From: Candidatus Uhrbacteria bacterium
Lineage (GTDB): Bacteria > Patescibacteriota > Patescibacteriia > UBA9934 > GWF2-40-263
Assembly: GCA_026395055.1 (NCBI GenBank)
Contig: JAPLZK010000004.1
Span: forward strand, 18,805 to 82,804
Length of the DNA: 64,000 bases
Reading direction: 5' to 3'
How positions within the stretch are numbered: position 1 is the stretch's first letter; every line of letters begins with the position of its first letter. Positions 53,324 through 63,470 of the stretch are shown one piece after another. The notes beneath the pieces were generated by a model, which saw only the letters and a program-made list of their open reading frames with translations, searched no databases and was not told where the DNA came from. Made by a program: the position numbers and the translations under genes.

Positions 53324-56185
53324 ATGCCTCAAGAATACATTTCCATTCGTGGTGCGCGCGTTCACAACTTGAAGAATATTGACGTGAACATTCCTAAAAA
53401 TAAACTCGTGGTGATTACGGGACTTTCTGGATCTGGAAAATCTTCTCTCGCTTTTGACACCATCTACGCAGAAGGACAACGCCGCTACATGGAATCTCTT
53501 TCGAGCTATGCTCGACAGTTTCTTGAATTGCAAGACAAGCCAGATGTAGATGAAATGTTAGGACTTTCTCCAACCATCGCCATCGACCAAAAGTCTTCTT
53601 CCCACAACCCACGCTCTACAGTTGGAACCGTGACGGAGATTTATGATTTTTTGCGAGTCTTATTTGCGCGTGCTGGACGTCCGCATTGTCCAAAGTGTGG
53701 TGCAATCGTTCAAGAACAAACGCTCGAACAGATGACAAAGATCGTGGAAGGATCTCTTGGGAAAGATACATTGCTTTTGTTTGCACCGGTTGTTCAAAAA
53801 CAAAAAGGAGAACACAAACATGTTTTGCAAGCCGCATTGAACGCTGGGTTTACTCGTGTGCGTTATGACGGATTGATTATCGACACAGACGAGGCGGTGA
53901 ACATGCGCAAAGATAAAAAGAAAGATCATGATTTAGATGTTCTTATTTTTGCGTTCCAAGGTGGACAAGCTTATTCGAAAGATCACATCACGCAAATGAT
54001 GAAGAAGGCGCTTGATTACGGAAATGGCTTTGTCACCATTGTGAATGATGAAAATGGAGACGAACGTTCGTTTTCACAGAGTTTCATGTGTGTGAATTGT
54101 GGACTCAATCTTCCAAAACCAGAACCACGCTTGTTCTCGTTTAACTCCCCGTATGGAGCGTGTACAGAATGTACGGGTCTTGGTGAGAAACTTGTTCTTG
54201 AACCCGAGCTTGTGATTCCAAATGGTCGCCTTACGCTCGAAGAGGGAGCAATCCGTCCATGGTCAAAAATCGCTGGCAATCAAACTAGTTATTTGCGCAT
54301 GCTCGATCTTGTTGGAAAGAAACATAAAATCCCGCTCGATGTTCCGGTTGAAAAAATTCCAAAAGCAAAAATGGATGTTATCTTGTACGGGACAGGTGCC
54401 GAACTTTACTCGTTTGATTCGCAAGAAGTTGTTTTTCCGGGAGTGCTTGCACAGCTTGAACAAAAATATCGCGAAACAGATTCGGATTACGTCCGTTCAG
54501 AACTCGAAGGATACATGCGTCGCATGCTTTGTCCTGGTTGTTCCGGAAAGCGTTTACAGCCTGCTGTACTTGCAATCACGATCGCGGAGAAGTCGATCGC
54601 GGATGTAGTAAACATGCCGGTTGAAGATGTAAAGCTGTTTTTTGAAGGGATTCTCGGAAAAAGTGGAAAAGGAAAGAGAGATGAAAAACAAAATTTGATC
54701 AACGGACTTTCGAGTGATGAACAGTTGGTGACAGAGCGTGTTGGAAAAGAAGTGTGTGCTCGTTTGGCACAGCTTACAGAAGTTGGTCTCGGATATCTGA
54801 CGCTTGATCGCTCTGCGATGACCCTCTCTGGAGGAGAAGCACAGCGTGTGCGTCTTGCTTCACAGCTTGGAAGCGGACTTTCAGGTGTGATTTATATTCT
54901 TGACGAACCTTCCATTGGACTTCACCCACGCGACAACGATCGTTTGATTCAAACGATTCGTCGTTTACAAGAATTCGGAAACTCCGTGATTGTTGTTGAG
55001 CATGACGAAGCAATGATTCAAGCGGCAGATTATGTATTCGATGTAGGTCCGGGTGCAGGAGAATATGGTGGAGAAATTGTTGCGGAGGGAACAGCAGCAC
55101 AAATTAAAAAGAACAAACATTCGCTCACAGGATTGTATTTGTCTGGCGAACGATCCATTCCACTTCCAAAGAAATACCGTAAAGGAAATGGAAAGAGTAT
55201 CGACATCATTGGAGCGACCGCATTTAACTTGCAAAACGTAAGTGTTTCCATTCCACTCGGAAAGCTTGTGTGTATCACGGGAGTTTCTGGATCCGGAAAG
55301 TCGACACTCATTCTCGACATTCTCGGCAAGTCCTTATCGAAACACTTCTATCGTGCAAAAGAGTATCCAGGAGCGCACAAGGCGATTAAAGGAATTGAAC
55401 ACATCGATAAAGTTGTTGCGGTGGATCAATCTCCCATTGGGCGCACGCCGCGTTCAAACCCAGCAACGTACACAGGAGTCTTCACGGCCATTCGTGATTT
55501 GTATACAGAAGTTCCAGAAGCAAAGATGCGAAACTTCGATGCAGGAAAATTTAGCTTCAACGTGAAGGGTGGAGGACGATGTGAAACGTGTTCAGGAGAC
55601 GGAGTTCGTAGAATTGAAATGCAATTCCTTCCCGATGTTTACGTTGAATGTACCGAATGTCGCGGAACGCGTTATAACCAAGAAGTCTTGGAGATTCATT
55701 ACAAACAAAAAAATATCTCGGATATTTTGAATATGACTGTAGAAGAAGCGCGACGCTTCTTTGCAGATCAAACATCCATCTTCGAAAAACTTGATGTGTT
55801 ACATGAGGTGGGACTCGGCTATATTCGTCTTGGACAATCGGCAACAACGTTATCTGGAGGAGAAGCGCAGCGTGTGAAGCTCTCTACAGAGCTTTCGCGT
55901 CGCGCAACGGGCCGAACCCTTTACATTCTTGATGAGCCAACAACAGGACTCCACTTTGAAGATATTAAGCGCCTTCTCGGCGTTCTTCACATGCTGGTGG
56001 ACAAGGGAAACACGGTTGTGATCATTGAACACAACCTAGATGTGATCAAAGGAGCTGATTGGGTGGTTGATATGGGGCCAGAAGGTGGTATTAAAGGAGG
56101 GATGCTGGTGGCAGAAGGAACACCAAAAGATATTGTGAAAGTGAAGGAAAGTATTACAGGTAAGTATCTCAAATCTGTTCTTTAA
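53324..56185 (+). CDS. uvrA: Excinuclease ABC subunit A
   Basis: Two ABC ATPase modules ([12 protein letters not shown]; [10 protein letters not shown]), LSGGEAQR signatures and Zn-finger CxxC pairs; 953 aa. Confidence 0.95.
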   Translation: MPQEYISIRGARVHNLKNIDVNIPKNKLVVITGLSGSGKSSLAFDTIYAEGQRRYMESLSSYARQFLELQDKPDVDEMLGLSPTIAIDQKSSSHNPRSTVGTVTEIYDFLRVLFARAGRPHCPKCGAIVQEQTLEQMTKIVEGSLGKDTLLLFAPVVQKQKGEHKHVLQAALNAGFTRVRYDGLIIDTDEAVNMRKDKKKDHDLDVLIFAFQGGQAYSKDHITQMMKKALDYGNGFVTIVNDENGDERSFSQSFMCVNCGLNLPKPEPRLFSFNSPYGACTECTGLGEKLVLEPELVIPNGRLTLEEGAIRPWSKIAGNQTSYLRMLDLVGKKHKIPLDVPVEKIPKAKMDVILYGTGAELYSFDSQEVVFPGVLAQLEQKYRETDSDYVRSELEGYMRRMLCPGCSGKRLQPAVLAITIAEKSIADVVNMPVEDVKLFFEGILGKSGKGKRDEKQNLINGLSSDEQLVTERVGKEVCARLAQLTEVGLGYLTLDRSAMTLSGGEAQRVRLASQLGSGLSGVIYILDEPSIGLHPRDNDRLIQTIRRLQEFGNSVIVVEHDEAMIQAADYVFDVGPGAGEYGGEIVAEGTAAQIKKNKHSLTGLYLSGERSIPLPKKYRKGNGKSIDIIGATAFNLQNVSVSIPLGKLVCITGVSGSGKSTLILDILGKSLSKHFYRAKEYPGAHKAIKGIEHIDKVVAVDQSPIGRTPRSNPATYTGVFTAIRDLYTEVPEAKMRNFDAGKFSFNVKGGGRCETCSGDGVRRIEMQFLPDVYVECTECRGTRYNQEVLEIHYKQKNISDILNMTVEEARRFFADQTSIFEKLDVLHEVGLGYIRLGQSATTLSGGEAQRVKLSTELSRRATGRTLYILDEPTTGLHFEDIKRLLGVLHMLVDKGNTVVIIEHNLDVIKGADWVVDMGPEGGIKGGMLVAEGTPKDIVKVKESITGKYLKSVL

Positions 56186-56195
56186 ATGACCAAAA

Positions 56196-56219
56196 AGCGG
56201 GGAAAAGCCCCGCTTTTTG
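56196..56219 (+). terminator. Intrinsic terminator after uvrA
   Basis: AAGCGGGG-aaaa-GCCCCGCTT plus T5. Confidence 0.75.
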
Positions 56220-56329
56220 TGTAGAAATCTTGACAAAATCACATTTTTCTGCTATTATTCCGCGTTAATTATCATCTTATCCATCCATCGAATTAGTCAC
56301 GGACGAATGTCTTCGACTGCCAAAAATCT

Positions 56330-57838
56330 ATGCTTAAAAAAATTCTTATCCTTTCTTTGGTCCTTGCGGCAGGTATCTGCCCATTTTTGCCAAAGGTATT
56401 TGCCGATAATGCTTCTTGGAAGACGTTGCTTGCAGATCGTGTTTGGGATCAAACCACTTTTCGCGTGGATCGTTTAACGTATCCCGCAAATGTAAGTAAC
56501 CCCATGAAACGTAATGGAATCGCCTTTGTTTCAACTCCTTCCACACAATGTGCGGATTTGGGTCTTTGTGACAAAATCGATCTTTCGATTTTGAAAGATG
56601 GAAAATCACAGACCGTAAACGGAGTTGATCAAAGCTTTTTGAATCCGTCTTTTGCCATTGCACAAAAGGGAAAGTTTGTGTATTTCACAAAATCTACAAC
56701 TAAGGATAATTGGTTCGATGTTTCCTTTGTAGATCCAAATACAGGTGAAATTCATCCATTTACTTCACTTGCGCGTAAGCCAAATGAGGTAAGTTTCGTA
56801 TCGTTTTCAACATCTGGAGATCGTTTGTACACATCTTTGCTTCAGATGAACCCAACAACAAAACAGGTTCAAAGTTCTATTGTTGCAAAGTCTACGGATG
56901 GGAAATATGAGCAACGTGATATTGCCTTTATGTTGAATGCACCTTGGCAACAGGTTGAGGATGCGTATAACGATCAATTACTTGTAAAATTTCAATTCTC
57001 TGGTGGAAATAAACAATTGTGGGTTATTAATGCGGCAACGCAACAAATGTATGCCATTCCAAATACATGGATTGATCCACAAGCAGATTTCTTTTATCCA
57101 CACTTCTTAACGAACGGAACAATCGTTTTCTTTCAGAACTACCAAATGTTTACGTTCAATCCAGCAACCCAAACCGTTGCACCAGTTGCACACGCGACAT
57201 TAAACTGGAAGTTACCAATCGAGGATGCTGTTACCGTGAAGGGGGATACGATGGCATGGGTAGATGACACGAACAAGATTTGGTATTCCTTGCCAGACGG
57301 TACCGTGAAACCAGCTCTTGAAATGATTGGAGAAAAGGTGGCAACAGCTCTCAATCAAAATCCTCAACTCTTGAATCAAATATCGTCAGATCCATTCATT
57401 ACAATGGATACGCTTGGAACGCTCCGTGTTGGAGAGGGGGCGAAGCAACAAATTTGGTTTAAGAACGGAACAGATAAAGCATTCGTGATCGGAACAGGAT
57501 CACATCCAATTTTGACAGATGCAACACACGTGATTTGGAAAGGAACAGATGGCGCGCTTTATCAAGCAACGTTTTCCTCAATTCTTTCCATGCATAAAAC
57601 AAACACCGTCTTTGATGGTGGATTTGTCCCAGGTCAGCGCGTAAAAGCCGTTGGGGATGCACGTGTCTACTTGATTGGAAATGATGGTCAATTGCACTGG
57701 ATTACCTCTGAGACGGTTGCCTATTCTGTGTTTGGAACCTCTTGGAATAAAGGAATCACAGAAGTGTCACCAACATTCTTGTGGCGATTCGCAAATGGAA
57801 CAAATGTGGATTCCGATCAAACCGTCAAATCCCTGTAA
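56330..57838 (+). CDS. Secreted hypothetical protein (502 aa)
   Basis: N-terminal signal peptide; no assignable family. Confidence 0.45.
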   Translation: MLKKILILSLVLAAGICPFLPKVFADNASWKTLLADRVWDQTTFRVDRLTYPANVSNPMKRNGIAFVSTPSTQCADLGLCDKIDLSILKDGKSQTVNGVDQSFLNPSFAIAQKGKFVYFTKSTTKDNWFDVSFVDPNTGEIHPFTSLARKPNEVSFVSFSTSGDRLYTSLLQMNPTTKQVQSSIVAKSTDGKYEQRDIAFMLNAPWQQVEDAYNDQLLVKFQFSGGNKQLWVINAATQQMYAIPNTWIDPQADFFYPHFLTNGTIVFFQNYQMFTFNPATQTVAPVAHATLNWKLPIEDAVTVKGDTMAWVDDTNKIWYSLPDGTVKPALEMIGEKVATALNQNPQLLNQISSDPFITMDTLGTLRVGEGAKQQIWFKNGTDKAFVIGTGSHPILTDATHVIWKGTDGALYQATFSSILSMHKTNTVFDGGFVPGQRVKAVGDARVYLIGNDGQLHWITSETVAYSVFGTSWNKGITEVSPTFLWRFANGTNVDSDQTVKSL

Positions 57839-57840
57839 AT

Positions 57841-57880
57841 AAAAAAACATCGGCCTTTCGGCCGGTGTTTTTATTTTTTC
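57841..57880. terminator. Bidirectional intrinsic terminator
   Basis: A7-CATCGGCC-tttc-GGCCGGTG-T5ATTTTTT between convergent genes. Confidence 0.7.
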
Positions 57881-58335
57881 TTTTTCTTCTTGGTTGTGGT
57901 GTTCACGTAGGTTTCTTTCAGCTTGCGTTTGAATCCGCTCTTTGTGTTTTGCAAGAAAGAAAGTTTTGCGCGGCGAACCTTTGCGGTCTTTACAAGTTCG
58001 ATCTTGGAAACAACCGGGGAGTTCACAGGGTAGATCTTTTCTACACCGAATCCACCAGAACTGATTTTACGAATCGTGAGTGTGCGGCTCAGGCCTGCTC
58101 CTTTGATCCCGAGGACAATTCCTTCAAAGATCTGAACACGTTCGCGGACTTCTCCTTTTGGAGTGACGTCTTTGATACGTTCGTGGATGCGAACCGTTTG
58201 TCCTGCACGTACTTCCGTTGTTTTTGTTGGCACGACTTCTACAGCGACTTCTGCGACAGGTGCCTCTTCTACGATCGGAGCATCGACGACTTCGTCTGTG
58301 ACAGCTTCAACCGGAGTTGTTTCTTCTGTTGTCAT
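57871..58335 (-). CDS. rplS: Ribosomal protein L19 with acidic N-terminal extension and C-terminal poly-Lys tail
   Basis: RAGQTVRIHERIKD...ERVQIFEGIVLGIKGAG...TLTIRKISSGGFGVEKIYPVNSP...RRAKLSFLQ matches the L19 core. Confidence 0.7.
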   Translation of the reverse strand: MTTEETTPVEAVTDEVVDAPIVEEAPVAEVAVEVVPTKTTEVRAGQTVRIHERIKDVTPKGEVRERVQIFEGIVLGIKGAGLSRTLTIRKISSGGFGVEKIYPVNSPVVSKIELVKTAKVRRAKLSFLQNTKSGFKRKLKETYVNTTTKKKKKK

Positions 58336-58445
58336 AATGGATGAATCGCGCAGCTCGAGAGGACCACATCGCCTAAACGGCCGATCAGTGTTCGTCAATG
58401 CGTCGATTGAATGTGGCAAAATAATAGCCGATCCGGGGTTTTGCG

Positions 58446-58994
58446 TCAAGATTGAGGCATTTTACTAAGGATTATCCGAGCTTTTTCCTCGATCGTGAGA
58501 TTTGTTGTGTCTAGGACAAGATCGTAGTTGGATTTATCCAAAAAATCGATTCCGTAGTACTTTTTATATCTGCGAACATCCGATGCGACGCGTTCATGAA
58601 TATGATGCTTCACTTCATCAACGGATGTATAGGCTTTTTCATCGTCACGTTCGCCTTTTTGTGAGGCAGAATAGATGCGCTGTGCCCCAATATCTGGATC
58701 AACATCCAAAAATACTTTGAATGAATTTGGAATGAAGTGCCAAGAAAGTCTGCCGTCAATCACAAAGGATTCAGCGGATGCGCCAAGTTTTGCTTGATAG
58801 TCATCTACCTCTTTGTCCGTAAATGCCTCTGTTTCTCCGAGCGCATTGAATTCATCAATCGTCATTCCGCGTTCTTCTGCCATTTTTCCGCGCAGGTTTC
58901 CAACCGAATACCACGGCACCCCAAGGATTTGGGAAAGCTGTTTGACAACTGTGGTTTTGCCAGAGCCGGGAAGGCCGGTAATGGTAATGATCAT
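58446..58994 (-). CDS. P-loop NTPase, archaeal-type cytidylate kinase-like
   Basis: MIITITGLPGSGKTT Walker A; about 180 aa. Confidence 0.45.
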   Translation of the reverse strand: MIITITGLPGSGKTTVVKQLSQILGVPWYSVGNLRGKMAEERGMTIDEFNALGETEAFTDKEVDDYQAKLGASAESFVIDGRLSWHFIPNSFKVFLDVDPDIGAQRIYSASQKGERDDEKAYTSVDEVKHHIHERVASDVRRYKKYYGIDFLDKSNYDLVLDTTNLTIEEKARIILSKMPQS

Positions 58995-58996
58995 AC

Positions 58997-59920
58997 TTAT
59001 TTTCTTGGAAGGGCATCAAGAATCATTTTCAATTCTTTTGGAAGAGGAGCTTTAACGGTTTTCTTTTTTCCGTCAGCAAGATGAATCACGAGACTGTTTG
59101 CGTGGAGGAAAAGACGACCGAGATTTTTTTCTTTGACGTGTCGCATGGATTTTTTGCGATACAAACGATCTCCAACAATGGGGTGATCAACCGCAAGGAA
59201 GTGAACACGAATTTGGTGTGTGCGACCCGTGTGAATTTTTACGTTTACCAGAGTAACGTTTTTAAATCGGTCCACGACATCCCATTCTGTAAGCGCATCT
59301 TTCCCAGCCTGTTCACCTGTGCGTGCAACCATGCGTCCTTGTGACTTAGATCTTGCGATTGCAAATGAAATGGAGTCGTGTTCTTTTGGGAGTTTTCCGT
59401 AAACGAGTGCCGTGTAATTTTTCTCAACCGTACGATCTTGAAATTGTTTTTTTAAATCTTCAAACATGGCTTGTGTCTTTGCAACAACCATGACCCCGGA
59501 TACTTCGCGGTCTAATCGTTGTACGATTCCAGGGCGAAGGGGATTGTCTCCAATTTTTTTCATTCCTTTGTATTTTTTGAGAAGGGTGTCTACAACGCTT
59601 GGGCGTACGTCTATTTCATTTGTTCTGTGAACAATAAGACCGGCCGGTTTGTTGATGACAACTAAATCATCATCCTCATAAAGGATGGGGATTTCAACGT
59701 TGCTTACTTCTTGTTTGGGTAGTTTGGTTGAAATTTTTGGATAAACAACGACATCATTCAACTGGGCGGGGGTGTGGGGTTTTGGAACTTTGTCATTGAT
59801 GGTGACCTCTCCTGCTTTAATGAGAGCTTGAATTTTTTCTCTTGAGATGTTTAAAACCTCAACCAAGATTTGATCGATGCGTTTTTTGCTCTGTGTGTCT
59901 GCGATGATGAATTTGGGCAT
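58997..59920 (-). CDS. RluA-family pseudouridine synthase (RluD-like, N-terminal S4 domain)
   Basis: HRLDREVSG catalytic motif; VVINKPAGLIVH. Confidence 0.8.
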   Translation of the reverse strand: MPKFIIADTQSKKRIDQILVEVLNISREKIQALIKAGEVTINDKVPKPHTPAQLNDVVVYPKISTKLPKQEVSNVEIPILYEDDDLVVINKPAGLIVHRTNEIDVRPSVVDTLLKKYKGMKKIGDNPLRPGIVQRLDREVSGVMVVAKTQAMFEDLKKQFQDRTVEKNYTALVYGKLPKEHDSISFAIARSKSQGRMVARTGEQAGKDALTEWDVVDRFKNVTLVNVKIHTGRTHQIRVHFLAVDHPIVGDRLYRKKSMRHVKEKNLGRLFLHANSLVIHLADGKKKTVKAPLPKELKMILDALPRK

Positions 59921-59922
59921 AC

Positions 59923-60093
59923 TTATTGAATCATCATCTTACTAATGATCCCGTAAAAAATGATTAAAATAGCGGCGGCGATCAAAATAGCGTTCATTCC
60001 TTCAACGCCCCCTTCGTGTTCTTTTTTTTTAAATCTCATGCGCATCCAAAAGCTGAGAGCAAAAAGGATTATGCCGATTACAATAAAGATCAT
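59923..60093 (-). CDS. Small hydrophobic protein (~56 aa)
   Basis: Internal start MIFIVIG of ORF 59923-60258; the longer ORF would overlap the tRNA. The displayed text and the ORF track disagree by 1 nt here. Confidence 0.25.
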   Translation of the reverse strand: MIFIVIGIILFALSFWMRMRFKKKEHEGGVEGMNAILIAAAILIIFYGIISKMMIQ

Positions 60094-60103
60094 AGGGTTT
60101 TTA

Positions 60104-60180
60104 TGGTGGGGATGGATGGACTCGAACCATCGACCGCAAAGGTATAAGCTTTGAGCTCTAACCAGCTGAGCTACATCCCC
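60104..60180 (-). tRNA. tRNA-Ile (anticodon UAU, genomically encoded), CCA encoded
   Basis: Manual fold of GGGGATGTAGCTCAGCTGGTTAGAGCTCAAAGCTTATACCTTTGCGGTCGATGGTTCGAGTCCATCCATCCCCACCA, with anticodon loop CTTATAC. Coordinates are +/-1 nt. Confidence 0.7.
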
Positions 60181-60240
60181 AGAATTTAAATACATTATAT
60201 CATTGCTTGATATCAGTCGAGCGGTTACAATGGGAACACT

Positions 60241-60726
60241 ATGGATGTTGGATTGCAATCATTTATCACCTTTCTCTCAATTTTGTGGTTTTTTGTGTAT
60301 TGGATTTTGGGCGGCGTCTTTTTTGCGGTCATGGCCATTTTGCGCCTGGGTCGTGTGCGAAAGGTGCGTTTTAGTTGTTTGTTCTCTATTCTCGCAGCTG
60401 TGTGTGCGGTTGGCGCTGCCTATTTTGGTGTTTACACGGCAAAGTCTTCTATTTTGTCTTGTACACTCAGTGCAACAAGTAATGTCCAAAAAAAGGTTGC
60501 GATCATTGGCTGTGGGTTCAGTGGGATCATGGAAGCATTTCTTCTTGGGGCACTTGTTCTCACACTCGTTGGATTTTTGATCATGGCGATTTCAAAATCA
60601 AAAGCACGTCCTTGGATTATTTTGGATCAAGAAGAACAAGAGGCACATGATGCACGTGTTCTTGAAGAACAGATCAATGTTTCAGATGCCTCCGAGATTC
60701 CGGGGAGTAAGAGCAAGTTTTTTTAA
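60241..60726 (+). CDS. Hypothetical membrane protein (4 TM)
   Basis: Hydrophobic segments; acidic C-terminal tail. Confidence 0.45.
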   Translation: MDVGLQSFITFLSILWFFVYWILGGVFFAVMAILRLGRVRKVRFSCLFSILAAVCAVGAAYFGVYTAKSSILSCTLSATSNVQKKVAIIGCGFSGIMEAFLLGALVLTLVGFLIMAISKSKARPWIILDQEEQEAHDARVLEEQINVSDASEIPGSKSKFF

Positions 60727-60749
60727 AAAAAGAGACTCGATGGTTCGAG

Positions 60750-61250
60750 TCAGAGAGTTTGTTCGGGTGGCTGGTGTCCGAACTTCGCGACAAATTTTTC
60801 CATGATTGCTGCACTGAGTCCCGTGAAGGTGACACCTCGCGTGAGCATGCCTTCTGGTGGGGGTGTTTCCATGATGATGCGTTCGATTTCTTTGCGAACG
60901 TCATCTGTGGTTGTAGAAAAAATCGTTTCAAATTCTGTTGCCGCAAGGTTTCGCAATTCGATGGAAAAGCTCGCATCAATACAGGTGATAAAAAATGAAA
61001 TGAGTTCTTGTACCCAAGCCCAATGAATCAGATGCGCTTGCAGGGAAGGGAAAGGGTTTTTTTCTGTACATGTTGATTCCGAGCAGCTGCCCGCAGCCTG
61101 GAGCCACATCCCAAGATGTAATCCTTGAGCATACGGTTTCACCTCAACAACTTTTTTCCCTGAAGGATCGTTTATGACTTCAAGGGTAAAGATCGGATCT
61201 TCATCCTCAAAAATGGCAGCTCGACCGTTTGTGGTAACCATGCGCTTCAT
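60750..61250 (-). CDS. Hypothetical protein (166 aa)
   Basis: ORF with start MKRMVTTNG; no motifs. Confidence 0.4.
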   Translation of the reverse strand: MKRMVTTNGRAAIFEDEDPIFTLEVINDPSGKKVVEVKPYAQGLHLGMWLQAAGSCSESTCTEKNPFPSLQAHLIHWAWVQELISFFITCIDASFSIELRNLAATEFETIFSTTTDDVRKEIERIIMETPPPEGMLTRGVTFTGLSAAIMEKFVAKFGHQPPEQTL

Positions 61251-61360
61251 GTTGTGACCTCCTGTCATGAAGAGAAGGAGAATAGCTGAGTTGATCGAGT
61301 ATGTCAATGAATCGCGGCAAACAAAAAACCTCCAACGTGTTGGAAGTTTTTTGTTTCCTG

Positions 61361-61810
61361 TTATTTTGTTTTGAATGTCACACCTATTTCACCTAAAAAT
61401 TCTTTCATCTCTGTTTGGATCCGAGGATCATTGATGTCGCTTGTCTTGTATTTCTGCATGAGCTCCCCGAGTTTTGATTCCGCATTGCGTTCGATCTCTG
61501 ATTTTTTGTTTGGTTCTAAATTTGGTTGCGCATCAGATTGAACCAGCTGTCCCACGGGTGTTGTGTAGTGTGCGGTTTCGGTAAATCTTTTTGGACCGCC
61601 AAAGAAAAATGTCCACAACTGACTGAGGATCATGAGAACAACGAGATACGCAACAAATTCTGCGTTTCCTGATGAGATGAGTGAAACGGGAAAAACCAGT
61701 TTGAACCCTTCAATGATTATTTTGGCGATGATGAACAGAGCGATATAGACACCGAGTCTTTGCCAAAACTCTTTTTTGGTTTGTTTTCGTCTAAATTTTA
61801 CGGTTTGCAT
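61361..61810 (-). CDS. Hypothetical membrane protein
   Basis: Two TM segments; start uncertain. Confidence 0.35.
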   Translation of the reverse strand: MQTVKFRRKQTKKEFWQRLGVYIALFIIAKIIIEGFKLVFPVSLISSGNAEFVAYLVVLMILSQLWTFFFGGPKRFTETAHYTTPVGQLVQSDAQPNLEPNKKSEIERNAESKLGELMQKYKTSDINDPRIQTEMKEFLGEIGVTFKTK

Positions 61811-61923
61811 ATAGTAGAAGTGTAACAAGGTTTGAATGAAAATGGAATTTCTCACAGTCAATTAAATTTTACGAGCCTTGACGATCAAGTTAAATTCCCT
61901 TATGATTTCGACACGAATTTCAC

Positions 61924-62000
61924 GGGCGGCTAGCTCAGCTGGTTAGAGCACTTGCATGACATGCAAGGGGTCAGAGGTTCAAATCCTCTGCCGCCCACCA
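61924..62000 (+). tRNA. tRNA-Val (anticodon GAC), CCA encoded
   Basis: GGGCGGCTAGCTCAGCTGGTTAGAGCACTTGCATGACATGCAAGGGGTCAGAGGTTCAAATCCTCTGCCGCCCACCA; anticodon stem CTTGC/GCAAG with loop ATGACAT. Confidence 0.75.
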
Positions 62001-62002
62001 AA

Positions 62003-62032
62003 AAAGATGATTCTTACGAATCATCTTTTTTG
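62003..62032. terminator. Bidirectional intrinsic terminator (after tRNA-Val on the plus strand and after cca on the minus strand)
   Basis: A5-AAGATGATTC-ttac-GAATCATCTT-T6. Confidence 0.75.
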
Positions 62033-62033
62033 T

Positions 62034-63386
62034 TTATTCCATCTGCTGTTTAATAAATCGTATCGCTGCCTCACGTGTCAGAATGTGACCATCGAGTTGT
62101 TTGTCGCGAACGGTTTCAAGGATTTCGCGTATGCGCGCGCCTGCAGGAATTCCAAGACGAAGAACGTCGTCACCTGTAATGAGGGAGGGAATGGGCTCGT
62201 GTTCTTCGCAGTTCCAGTTTTTACAAATCTCTGTGCGTCGTTTTTTTGCTGCATCCGCAACGGTTCCGTGGCCGAGATGCTCAAGAAGGTTCATGTGTTG
62301 GGTTCCGCGCGCACCAAGAAATTGCTTTTCGAAATGCGATGCGCGCATAACGAGAATATTTTGTGGAGTGAGATGTTGTTGGAGTCGTTGAATCATCCAA
62401 AGAATATGTTCAACATCAAGTCTGCGAGGAGATTGTTTGTCGATTGTGTCGAGGCCTGTAAAAGTAAGAGTTGTTTTTGCTTCTTCGATCGTGAGTCCTC
62501 GCAGGAGAAGAATGATTGTATGTTCGAGTTCACTAGGTTTTGATCGGGTCACTGGTTCCAGATAATGTGCATCGACTTGCATGTGTCGCCACACACTTGG
62601 AAAGAGTTCTTCGAGAACTCCGAGTTCTTGAAGGAGATGAACGGTTTGAGGTGGATTCGCAAAGAACGCTTTTGAGAGCTCGTTACCGATTGTTTCTCGA
62701 GGGACGATATAGGTACTCACCCCATCTGTTTTTCGAAGATGGTTTAATTGCGGAACAAGCAACTGCATCGCATTAAACGTCTGCGGTTCGATCGTGAAGT
62801 CCAATTCACAGGTAAATCGAAGTCCGCGTAAAATACGCGTAAGATCTTCCTGAAAACGATCTTGTGGATTTCCGACAGCGCGCAACGTTTTTGATTCAAG
62901 ATCCTGTTGTCCTCCAAACGGATCAATGATTTCTTTCGTTGTGAGACTGAACGCCATGGCGTTCATCGTAAAATCTCTGCGCGAGAGATCGTCTTGCATG
63001 GGGAGATTGGGATCAAATTGAACGGTTACGTCGCGGTATCCTCCAAGGGAATGAGGAAGGGACTGTTCGGTTCGCGGAAGCGCGATATCAATACAGAGCG
63101 AGAGGTTTTCTTGTGGTCGAAATTTAATCACTCCAAACGTTTTTCCAACGATATCAACCACTCCGCGATTTTTTAGCCATTCAATGAGTGTTTCAAGTGG
63201 AATACCGCGTATAACAAAATCCAAATCAACATGATTTGTTTTTCTTTGTAAAAGCCAATCGCGTAGCGCACCTCCAACACAAAAAATTTCTGTGTGTTCA
63301 AAATCTCTAGTGAGATTATTCAGAAAGACGGGTGGTATTTTGTCTTGAATCCAAGAGAAGAGTTCCTCCAAATTTTGCATACGCAA
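62034..63386 (-). CDS. cca: CCA-adding tRNA nucleotidyltransferase / poly(A) polymerase family (class II)
   Basis: FCVGGALRDWLL (GGxxRD) and DLDF nucleotidyltransferase head; 450 aa. Confidence 0.7.
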   Translation of the reverse strand: MRMQNLEELFSWIQDKIPPVFLNNLTRDFEHTEIFCVGGALRDWLLQRKTNHVDLDFVIRGIPLETLIEWLKNRGVVDIVGKTFGVIKFRPQENLSLCIDIALPRTEQSLPHSLGGYRDVTVQFDPNLPMQDDLSRRDFTMNAMAFSLTTKEIIDPFGGQQDLESKTLRAVGNPQDRFQEDLTRILRGLRFTCELDFTIEPQTFNAMQLLVPQLNHLRKTDGVSTYIVPRETIGNELSKAFFANPPQTVHLLQELGVLEELFPSVWRHMQVDAHYLEPVTRSKPSELEHTIILLLRGLTIEEAKTTLTFTGLDTIDKQSPRRLDVEHILWMIQRLQQHLTPQNILVMRASHFEKQFLGARGTQHMNLLEHLGHGTVADAAKKRRTEICKNWNCEEHEPIPSLITGDDVLRLGIPAGARIREILETVRDKQLDGHILTREAAIRFIKQQME

Positions 63387-63470
63387 CCATTATAGCAAAT
63401 CATTTTGTTTCGTGTGGAAGAAACTGCTATACTTGATGTAATCTTTCATTTTTATTTTGTCCCTGTCTTT

